Part shown: positions 11,301-21,600 of the stretch, piece after piece
How positions within the stretch are numbered: the stretch's first letter is position 1
Layout: every line of letters starts with the position of its first letter
Made by a program: the position numbers and the translations under genes
Notes under the pieces: generated by a model
The model's database searches: none
Seen by the model: the letters and a program-made list of their open reading frames with translations, nothing else
Told to the model about the DNA's origin: nothing
Origin: Botryllus schlosseri
Taxonomy: Eukaryota
Direction: 5' to 3'
Length of the DNA stretch: 64,000 nucleotides
Assembly (NCBI GenBank): GCA_051294905.1
Contig: CM119376.1
Coordinates: 18,104,001 to 18,168,000, forward strand

Positions 11301-14300
11301 CCATTTCAAAAGTAATCTGCTACTATATACTGTTTAAGATATGCGATCCCTCAACTAAATCTACTTTTGAAACTAATCACTTGAGTATTTCCGAGACCTT
11401 CATTTTCTACTTCCACTTGAAGTAGTTTTGACATGTCTTGAAAGCCGTTACTACTCCTTGTACTTGAGTAGAAATTTGCGACCTTACTGTTCAAGTGCAA
11501 AACAATAACTACCTTGCCGCTACTCTGACTATATATTGTACCGTAGACCTGTCTGTGAGTAAGATTGATAGATGCTCATTGTCGCTTGATGACTTGTAAC
11601 ATGAACATTGATTGGAGACAAATGTTCTTAAAATTAGTTGCCTTTTGCGCAATGCGCACAACACATGTACGGTACGCCTATCACGGTCGTATGAGACACT
11701 TTAACTTCGTTTGGTATTATAATTGCACTTGTCCCATGAGTGTTTTATATATCTTGTTCTTCCAGGTGTTTCATTCGACGACGTGTCCGCACCGGCCAGC
11801 CGTATCAAAGGCAGCGGTGCCCTTGTGGTCGCGGTGGGCGTGGGCCGCGCCAAAGTGGAACAAATCAACGAAATCGCCTCCGAACCGGACAGAGATTTTT
11901 CAACGGTCGTGGAGAACTTCGCGGACTTGCCTGGGGCAGTTTCAACCATTGCAAACCAAATCAAACTGTGCGAGGTACGCCAATGCCAAAATATCCAATG
12001 AATTGCACACCCGACTTACGCGAAATAGGTTGAGGAGGCTTGTTGCGAATGAGTGCTGCACACTGTACGAGGAATGTCAGCCACGTGCACCATAAGGCAG
12101 TACGCGCACAAAATAGAGATCTCTACTTCAAATGAAAATTTATAGATTTTGCCCATCATCTGTCCGTTTTTACAAGTCCCGATTTCAAAATTTGAAATTT
12201 TAGTATGATGAAAATTTAAATTTCATACCAATGGTCAATCAAAAATTGCAATTTCATATTTTGTAATATCGACAGTACAATTTACGTACCGAATTTTTTT
12301 TTCAGAAGTTATCACAGTAACCATTGACTTTACTCAGTTATAAGTACAAGTGGTTTTATTATTTTCTACTCTATGATAGTTCGAATTTCCCTTATCGTGG
12401 CTATAGCGACATCTGTTCTATTGAAAGATTTTCAAAACTTGGATATTCAGATATGATATCTGGATGTGAATTTCGATATGGAAAAAATATTATTTTGATT
12501 CTAGAGTGAATATAGGGGGCCATTTAGGTCTGAAATAAAGATTTGGATTTTATCCGTCACTTAGGGTTACCATATTTTGGGACCCGGAAAGGAGAACACC
12601 TTTTACAAATCACAAAAGTTAGATTACCGGACTAGGAAACAGCTGATTCTAAATTTTTTACTGGAAATCCACTTGTGTTGACTAAAAAATAGACTTGCTC
12701 GAACAAACAAACAAACACATTTCGCGTCATTTAGGGCGTTTTTTCGTTGTGCCTGTCCATTGGCCGGCGGCTGTCAAACCTATAAAGGAGGATGAATTCC
12801 CAAAAAGGAGGACATTTAAGCGTCCTCGGGGACATTTTCGATTTCCTAAAAAAGGAGATCAAATCCTCCTAAAGGAGGCGATATGGTAACTCTACCGACA
12901 CTGTCTTACTGTGCACCTGTGCAGTGTGCACGCGACTGGCCTTCATAATATGTACTCACTCGCATCCACTATGAAGAATACGTTGAATATCTCGTAGGAA
13001 TTGCAGCAAAAAAAAGTCCTCACCATGCGGTGCTGCGTTAAAACATATTGTGAGAGCCCATGTCTTTCATGCTGCGGCAAACAGTGATCTATGTCTTATA
13101 TCTGAACCGCTCGAGTATTTGCAGAAAACTGATGCTCCAGTCAGTTGCCCGCCTCAAGTACTCGCCGACATTTTGTTGATCGTGGACAGTTCCAGCAGTA
13201 TCGGGAACGAAAATTTCGACATTGTGAGAGGATTCATCAAAGACGTGATTGGTGAATTCAACTTGGGGCCGCAGGCTGCGAGGGTGAGCAAAAGTTTCCA
13301 TCGTCCAATGATGATTAGGCTACATATCTCATCTCGTTCAACTGGATGATACTCAGCTGTTTTGCTGTGATACATATAGTCGATTCGATAGTCAATCACG
13401 ATGGACATGGGTATATAGAGAGAGGTGGTCAAAGTCATCTTTGGTATGGAAGAAGTAACGAGGTTAATATCTACTCCAGTACAAGTAGAAGTAGTATAAT
13501 ATCGTAATCACTTGAGTAAATGTGCAAGTAGACAAACTACTTGAGTACTCCGATAAACCAAAGTACTTCGTTACTGACCCGCTCTGAAAATGGGTCGGTT
13601 TAGTTTAGTGATAGCCAGAAGGTACGGAGCCAGATGGTGACGGGACTATTCGACGTTGACCCGTTAGGTACCAGGATTTCCTCCGAGCCGGTTATTTTGG
13701 CGGATGGGGTCAGGAGGCTTATAAGAACGGTTAATTCTATTCGTGTTTGTCTGAACTAATTAATTGGTAATATATTACTTGTGTGGAGATCATATCGAGA
13801 TCATATCTGTGATTTCGTTTTAAAGTAGCCTATCGTGTCTCGTACATCAGTATCAATTTATTAACATTTTCATCATTTCAAAAACATTATTGGGAGCAGT
13901 GAATGATGCTAAACACTACTTATGACCAGTGACCATGTACCTTGGATTAAGGCGATTAAGCTGTGTCGCCGAATAGTTTTGTCCTCCGCGTGGCGGCAGA
14001 TGGCGTATTCACAGCAAATATTTTCTGTATATCAACTGTAACACGTCGATCTTCGAGAATTAGAGTGCCTGATTCAAAGTGAGATAAAATTAACAGTTTC
14101 TGAAACGTTTGCGATGACCATCGATGTCGCAGCGTTAACATAGAGAAACTATCTTTTCTGTAATGAGATATAGAAATGTGCAACAGCCAATAATACCCTT
14201 TCCATTGAAAGTTCATTATAGGATAAAATACTCCCATCCAATGCCTACAACCTACTAAACAATCGTTATTTTTTTTTCAGTTTGGCCTGATTACGTACAA

Positions 14301-15112
14301 CAGAAATGTGAACGAATATTTCACTCTGAGAGATCACGATGAAGCGGATGATATCTTTATAGGTTGCTACTTATAAAACCGATTTCAAAGAAAGCAGCTC
14401 GCTCGTAATCATGCTGTATTATGTTCTAGCAATTGATCGCATGCCGTACTCGGGATCTGGAACACGGACTGGAAGCGCTTTACAATATGCGTCTAGAAAC
14501 TCATTGACGGAGTCTTCTGGCGCGAGAGCGGGCGTACCCAAAGTTGTTGTCGTAATAACCGACGGTAAGTAGAAAGTATTGGCGTTTGGTCAATTGTCGG
14601 TCACCCGCACAGTCACACACGAAAACTTATCAGCACAAGTTGCGCGCGCCGTATGCTGTGATAATGATGTCAACTGCACAATCCTGGTCGATGTAGCACA
14701 AACCAGATGAATGAATGCCTTGAATGGACATCGGGCACTGCATAGATTTGGACATAGCTCATGAAATCGTTGCGACATCTTTAATTGGTCGCTGCTACCC
14801 ATAGCCTACCACAGTTATGAATAATATCGTTCCTGCAAGTCACAAAGCACGCAATGTACGACGTGCACTGTGTATATAGTAAGATCAAGTTAATTTTTCC
14901 ATACAGGTAAATCGCAGGATAACGTCTCAGCGGCCGCAGCCGCCCTGAAAGAGAAGGCGGAGGTTATAGTGATTGGAATCAAGGGAGCATTGCGAACTGA
15001 ATTAGTGGAGATAGCGACGGCGGAGTCAGACGTTTTCACTACAGATTTTGATCAACTTTCCGGATCACTGGAGGGACTAAAATTGGCTATATGTGCCGCT
15101 GCACAAAGCTAA
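3571..15112 (+). CDS. Gene A: TSP1(TSR)x>=6 - Sushi/CCP - VWA - VWA extracellular protein, 5'-incomplete, >=770 aa
   Basis: Hand-assembled exons with AG/GT boundaries: 3571-3738, 3884-4051, 4594-4761, 4834-5148, 5211-5379, 7107-7286, 7349-7485, 10713-10929, 11766-11974, 13125-13283, 14281-14362, 14430-14564, 14907-15112 (TAA 15110-15112). Total 2313 nt = 771 codons, phases consistent throughout. No start codon or signal-peptide exon identified. Confidence 0.9.
5459..5926. mobile_element. hAT (Buster/Charlie-type) MITE
   Basis: TIRs cagtggttcccaacct / aggttgtagaccactg; perfect TSD ctttagac (5451-5458, 5927-5934). Confidence 0.88.
7107..7286 (+). CDS. Gene A Sushi/CCP-domain exon (phase 1-1)
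   Basis: [58 protein letters not shown]: typical CCP C..C.F.C..G....G.....C....W....P.C pattern; ttccag acceptor, gtagga donor. Confidence 0.9.
   Translation, partial: HVPRFWTQCRMATCLALTVRMLARRVHLSATTASECLENRRRFASPMATCNGVTIPRSV
7349..11974 (+). CDS. Gene A VWA domain 1 (3 exons: 7349-7485, 10713-10929, 11766-11974)
   Basis: [13 protein letters not shown] / FGAIRYN...[10 protein letters not shown]...[14 protein letters not shown] / VVAVGVG...INEIASEP: collagen VI/matrilin-like VWA motifs with DxSxS MIDAS. Confidence 0.92.
7629..9799. mobile_element. hAT (Buster/Charlie-type) non-autonomous element carrying a nested MITE
   Basis: TIRs cagaggtttcaaac / gtttgagacctctg; TSD ccctaaaa / tcctaaaa (7/8). 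Its subterminal sequence matches the short copy at 30445-30699. Confidence 0.8.
8507..9143. mobile_element. hAT (Buster/Charlie-type) MITE nested in 7629-9799
   Basis: TIR cagtggttctta / taagaaccactg; perfect TSD tactatac; internal cgcgaccc subterminal repeats. Confidence 0.9.
9954..10238. mobile_element. hAT (Buster/Charlie-type) MITE
   Basis: TIRs cagtggttctcaacctt / aaggctgagaaccactg; degenerate TSD atgtataa / ttctataa. Confidence 0.8.
12094..12943. mobile_element. Possible older TIR element enclosing the 12562-12894 MITE
   Basis: Imperfect inverted ends aaggcagtacgcgcac (12094-12109) and gtgcacgcgactggcctt (12926-12943); no clear TSD. Confidence 0.3.
12562..12894. mobile_element. hAT MITE with Blackjack-like ends
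   Basis: TIRs tagggttaccatat / atatggtaactcta; TSD ccgtcact / ccgacact (7/8); internal aggagga/tcctcct motifs. Confidence 0.8.
13125..15112 (+). CDS. Gene A VWA domain 2 and C-terminus (4 exons: 13125-13283, 14281-14362, 14430-14564, 14907-15112)
   Basis: [18 protein letters not shown] / FGLITYN / [30 protein letters not shown] / [23 protein letters not shown]. The donor at 14363 (gttgct) is weak but is supported by frame and by an identical 82-bp exon in gene B. Confidence 0.88.
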
Positions 15113-15233
15113 AGTTTCGTTGTAGTTATAAAATTCCATGTCTATAGATATCACCTTATATAGTTTCTTGACTAACCTACATTTTGTCCGTTGTATTAAT
15201 ATGATCAGATTGCCAACCATGTATGATGGATTC

Positions 15234-15239
15234 AATAAA
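15234..15239 (+). terminator. Probable polyadenylation signal of gene A
   Basis: AATAAA about 120 nt downstream of the stop codon at 15112. Confidence 0.55.
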
Positions 15240-15650
15240 TAAATTTTGTTCTGGTACAGAAGGCTTCTATAACCATGCATACGCAGGTGTCTTACCTCAT
15301 TGTCATTGCATTGGAACAGTGCGGACACTGGACTGGTTATCCTGTCGGCGAAATTAACACACAAAACGGAATCATCTCGAATCTTGTTTATTGCCATCAT
15401 AATACAGGCAATCATAATATTGCGCGAAGTACAGCATTGCAACTTTCAAAACGCCTACTCTAAACTTTTTGGAACACGCAGATAACTTAAAAGCAAGTTT
15501 AGACATAAATTCTCAATAGGCTTTCTTCTGTCGATATATGTCAATTTAAAACGCAACACATGAACTGTGACCATTACCGCGCGATAGCAAACAAGTCACA
15601 ATCTCCGCGGGCAAAACCATATTTTATGTACAAGGCAAAGTTTAAAAAAA

Positions 15651-18600
15651 TCAGAGGTCTTCAAGAAGGTTTGTCTGCGTGCCGAAACACACAGTCGTCG
15701 AGATCCTGCTGGTGAACTCGTTGAGCTGGTTGAAGTCTTCGATTTCAAAAGTGTTAGACGCAACAGGCGCCGACGCGATGCTGCGTAGCTGCCGCCTGTC
15801 TACGTTACCGACTCCAATAGCGATCACGACATCCGCCAATTGCTTCAACGCTCTAGCGGGCGGTCTCACGTCGTCCTGCGCGTTGCCTGCGGAAAACGAG
15901 AGAGACGCTAGATAACGCATGCGTTTGACGCGCGTCAACGCGAGCGTCTAGCTTACCATCCGTGAAGACGACTACGACCAACGGCACGTCGTCACCTCTG
16001 CGTCCGGCCGCGGGCGTGAAAGCGTTACGTACGGCGTACGTGATGGCGCGGCCTGTCTGGGTACCGCTGCCGGCGTACGGGATCTTGCTAATGGCTGGAA
16101 ACGGAAACGTGGATAATTAGTCGTACCCAACATAAGATGTAGTCAAGAGTATCAGCGTCGGTGCTTCAGTAGAAGTAACGCCATAAATTTCTACTCAAGT
16201 AGAAGTAGAAAATGAAGGGTATGAAAAGTACTCAAGTACTTTCGAAAAGTATATTTAGGCACATTCTTCGAAAATATACCCAGGAGTTACCGTTATTGAT
16301 ATTTCACGCGGCTCTTATGACGAATTCGCATGTAAAAGTGATGCAAAATCATCACCAACACTACTTTACAAAAGCCAAAGTGTAAAAAGGAAGTAGTTTT
16401 GTCAAATTTGCCATATTACAGTATGCTTTGCGAACAGAGGTGGTCAGTAGCGAAGTACTTCAACTTTTCTGAAGTACTCAAGTAGTTTTCCTCTACTTCT
16501 GGTACTTACTCAAGTAGATCTGATTTTCGCTACTTCTACTTTGTAACATTTTGTGATCTACTTACTGCTATTTTCAGTTTGTCATGTAGAAGTAGTTCAA
16601 TCTTCCAATCAGGAAGATAACCTGAGGAATTTCGGGGCTATTTTCACGGAGTATCAACATTTAATTTTCATAAAAGTTGGGTAAAGCCCATAATTTTCGT
16701 CGAGCTTCGCGCTCAGTGGATACGGAGTAACCAGTGTGATTTCACGAAAGTATCGGATAATATAATTTGGTTAGCGGGTTGGCGTGGCTCTGTTCACACC
16801 GCATTGTCGCCCTTTGCCGCTATGGAATATTTCACCACAGTATATATGGCTCATCATAACGTTTGAAACTGACGTTTTGCAATCTAGCATTTACTTATCA
16901 TATCGTAATCTAGCAGTCCATGGCATGTCCTAATCTGGTAAAGTGAACTCTGAGTTTTTTTAGTTTCAGAGCTGTTTTAGCATACCACCTTTGAAACTTT
17001 CTGTCTTTAGACATGAAATACATATTTCGCTTTTAGAAGTAGTATTTATATTTCACTTTCAATTCCCAGTATCATATACTTTGAGCTCTAATTACTATCA
17101 GTTCTTTTGTCTCGATAACATGCATGTTGAAGCATAAAAGCAACTGTATTAATGCCTTTAATTTCCGGAGTTAAAGCTGCACAATATGGCATTTTTACGA
17201 TCCACCATATTTTTTACTCACGTTTACTAATCACCTGAAGTGTTCACACCGCATCCAATACAACTTCTCCGTATTGCTGTTCGACTAAACCACGGGCCTT
17301 ATAATATGGGGGAGGGCGCCATACCATGATATTTTCTAGAACGGGCTGTTCGATTAAACGGAGGATTAGTATCGCATTTCCATATCAATACTATCATATT
17401 CATTCCATGATGCGGACGAATGTTTATGCTGTCGAAAATTCAATACCTCTTGGTATGCGTCAATATGAATCAAGCTCGGCACCATTCGCATAGCTCAATT
17501 TGTATCTTTTGACAATCCATACGAACCAATTACGACCGTTTTCACAACTACTTACTTACTTGAGTAGATTTAAAGTCGGTCAATTCTACTTCTACTTCAA
17601 GTAGTTTTAGGTTGCTTATGGAAGAAGAACTTCTACTCGTACTTGAGTAGATTTTTTCGTCGCTACTTCTACTTCTACTTGAGTAGCTTTCTTGACTACT
17701 TTGACCACCTCTGTTTGCGAAACAGGGGTTACACCGACTGGCCGTTGCAACAGTCTGATATCGTAAAAGTGATGAAAATCCAACAAACACTACTATACAC
17801 TTGACAAAATGTAAACTGTGAAAAGAAAGTAGCTGGGTGTTAATTACTGTCCACAAAAATGGCGTCACTATAAGCAAATCAAACATTTAAGGGGCCAAAA
17901 GGGCTTTTATCTCCTCTAGCATAGCAGCAAACTAGTTCATACTAGAGAAATGGAATGGTACATGCTTCCATAGCTGTTACAACAAAGTTCCAGTGCCACA
18001 CAGTTAGATTTCAACCATAAAATTCTGGACTTTTACCGTGATTTAAAAATGATTCGGCTATGTTTGTCGGCTATCGACCATGGCCTTGGATTCTGATTTG
18101 GCATCTTTTTAGTTTAACCGTCTCAATTTCTCACGTGTCCACGGCTTGAACAGTTTGGTGCCAGGGATATATCGCAGAGGGTCATTGATGAAGGCTTGAA
18201 ACCTTTTTGCTAAATGCTAGATCGTTGACTCATTGGTGATTGCTCATTTGTGGGCAAACAAAGTCAAAACTTACTGAACGAAGCAACCAGGCTCGCATAG
18301 GTAAGATGCTGTATGAGCTATGTATTTACCCATAAGGATATCAGCTAAACTCACCGTCCAAGACATCGGCCTTATTTTCATATCTGCCAAGGTTGAACTC
18401 CGTGGTCGGATTCTGGTTGAATCTGATCACACCAAACTGCAAAAAGGCCGCATTCAAGCATCACGAATCGGAGACGCCCAGATCGACCCTACTCACCCTC
18501 GCGGACCCAACCCCGACATTGAAGGACCCCACTACGTTCCTGAGGAAATCGCGGACAATATCAAAGTTGCTTGCGCCGATACTGCTGGAGCTGTCCAGAA

Positions 18601-18655
18601 TAAACACCAAGTCCATAACAGCCTGCGGTGGACACGGTGCTACCGATACTGGAGG
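15651..18655 (-). CDS. Gene B VWA domain 2 and C-terminus (exons 18497-18655, 18355-18436, 15957-16094, 15651-15886)
   Basis: [18 protein letters not shown] / [19 protein letters not shown] / [34 protein letters not shown] / [29 protein letters not shown]. Confidence 0.9.
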
Positions 18656-21600
18656 CTGGAAAGCAAAATTGACATTTCAGAAAATTGCCTCAATTGCAGA
18701 CTGACTGGACTGATGCGTTATTAATACCACTTGTATCCACATTGTCCTACCATAAAAGTTTATTCAATGATGGTGCGTTAACATGGAACACCCCACCAGT
18801 CGAATTCAGAAATATACTTGATCGTCAATTTAAAAAGCAGTGTCCAAATATATCTTAGACACGTATTGAATAGTTCTCGCAGTCGCTTTCTCATGTACAT
18901 TTATATGCCAATGTGTGTACTACATTCCGTACTTATAGTATAGTAATGATAATTTTAAATTCGTTTCCACACGCGTTATATATCATATCGTGAATGCTGT
19001 ATCGTCTCTTGGTTTGTGTATATCTCGTATTCTATCCAAAACTAAGAATTTTTCAAGCATATTTTTTATAGTCGTGTCTCTTCTTATATATTTCTTTCAC
19101 AGTAAATGCCAACACGAAGGCTAGTAACAACTAAGGCCTCGTCGTTGCCTGGCCCTTATTAGATTTTCATAGGTCTTTGAGTTTGAGAAATTCTGTTGAG
19201 GATACACGAGGAGCATGCGAGCACGTGGAAAAAGAGCGTGCGATCAATCATGAAAACCACGACAATTTTGAAATAAAACGTGACAAAACTTACCGCCAGG
19301 CAGAATTTGATTTGATCTGAAATGACCTTGACCACTTTTTCAAGAGCGTCGAAATCGCTTACAGTGGTGGCAAACAGAACGTCTGGGTCGCTGGCGATCT
19401 CGTAAATCTGGACAATCCTGATATTTCCGATACCCACGGCGATAACGATAGTGTTTTCCGCCTTCAGCAATTGCGACGGGATGAAGACGTTGTCGAACGC
19501 AATACCTGTGTGAATACGGATCACATTTGTTTAAAAAGTGTCGATTTACGATGCGAGCGGATTCTGCAATCTGTGAATCTAAATCCGACCAAACAAAATT
19601 TTTTATCAAGTTTCTGATTTCCGACTCAGATCCGGCTTTGAGAATGTTTCAGAATATGAAAACATCTCAACTGCAGCTCTGGGACTGAAATTTATAGTTT
19701 ACATCACTCCATCGCCGATCGCAACGCTTATTGTTGCAGTGAAATCAAAGTAGCTAATGTCCATTTCTCAAATTTTGAGATCCATGTTTAAACTTTGGTT
19801 TATCATTGCCAAGATATGGCCGAAAGGTAACAAAAACTTCACAAAACGTTAATCTTAACGTTATATGTGAGGCTTATATCTCTCACGTTGGAGGCAAATT
19901 CACAATGTGAGACAGCTAAAGATGTTCGGACACTCAAACAAAGTCCGAAACAGAAACCGACGATTTCCGGCGTCAGATCCGTGTCCAATTGTAACTTTTG
20001 AAATAGGGTGATATCTGCTCCAAAGCTAATCCAAGTCCTAATCCTCGATACACCCAGTAAACGAAACCTATGGTAACAACACCGGCAGCATACTATAATA
20101 CAGTGGCTCTCAACCTTTTTGGCTCCGCGGACCCCTTTTGGACTGTCACGGACCCCCCCAAGTTTTAGTTCAAATTTAGCTCATTTATCGCACAAACGTC
20201 ATTTGTCGTGTGCAAATAATAACTGTAGGCTATAGTGATAAACAAACTTTTCTTGGTAGTAACACCGTACTATTTATGTAGAAATTGAGCTGATTTTTAT
20301 TATTTCAAAGCGAATTCTGCAACCGCATTTCTTGAAATAACGGGTCGTGTCTTGAAAATCTGTGCCATTGATATATTATGAACGAGTGCCAAAAATCCAT
20401 TTCCACAAAGATAGGCGGTGGCGAATGTAAGAATAACGCCACGCTTCCGATGACACATTTGGGTATGATCGCATCAAATGTATAGCACCACAATTCACAA
20501 ACAAATTTTGTAATGAACATATAACGTCAAGCTCGGTCATTTATATGTAGCAGTTCTTCTTAAAATTATTATGGCTATATCACAGGTGAAAGGGATTTTT
20601 GTAAACATTTCGAACTTACAGTGATTAACCTTGCTAATCCAACTTTCATGTATTCCACAATACCTAATACAGCATCACTAAACAGCAAAATGTTTGCATC
20701 AGTATAGGCTATGGCAATTTACCAATTACGCAGTAATATAATTCATCTCAGACGGCCATTCTGTTGATGTGAGTTCCGGAGTTTCACTAGTAATGAAGAG
20801 GAACTGACTCATGATTTTCCAAACTTAAAAAAATCCTAATTCGGTTATCAGCTATTTTGTAAATTTAGAGGCTTCGCGAACCCCCTGGAAATGCTTCGCG
20901 GATCCCTAGGGGTTCGCGGACCCCCGGTTGAGAACCACTGCTATAATAGTTACAGGGTTAGTAGTATTTTCTGCCAAGTGGCCATTCAACATTGATATGT
21001 CACTGTCCCAATAGTGATAGTGACTCCATTTCTCTAATGCCAAATTCACAAAGGACCGAATTCACGATGACTACAATTATAATCAACAGGTTTACACAAA
21101 CCCCCCTTACCGTCAGTGATAACAACTGCGATCTTCGGAACGCCAGGCCTGTGTCCGGCAGCTGGAGTGAACATAAATTCCCTCGTGTAGTTGATAGCTT
21201 TGCCGGTCTTCGTGCCTCTGCCGTTGTACGGTATCGCGGCCACCGCTCGCAGCACGCCCGCTTTTGTCTTGAAGTCGTTAAGGTCAAATTGATGTTCGAC
21301 GTTCTCGTTGTAACGTATGGCACCAAACTGAAGAGACAAAGCAAAAAGTGTATATGCGGAAAAGTTCCAGTAAATTTTGAGACGGTGGGTGTTACCAAAG
21401 CGTCGTTATCTCCGACTTTAAAGCTTTGCACGACTTGCTGTACGAAAGATCGCATCAGTTCAAAGTTTCTGTCGCCGATACTGGACGAGCTGTCGATCAC
21501 GAAAACGACATCAGCTTCGTCAGTGCAACGCTCTGAATAAAATATCAACAATGCGTTAGCGAAAGATGCCACTGTTGCTGTCATCGATATCATCCAACTT

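Noticed and set aside
14363-14429. Frameshift/pseudogene lesion in gene A VWA2
   Set aside because: Explained by a 67-nt GT-AG intron; gene B has an intron at the same position with an identical 82-bp upstream exon.
15654-15665. C-terminal LEDL as an ER-retention signal
   Set aside because: It does not fit the [KRHQSA][DENQ]EL consensus.
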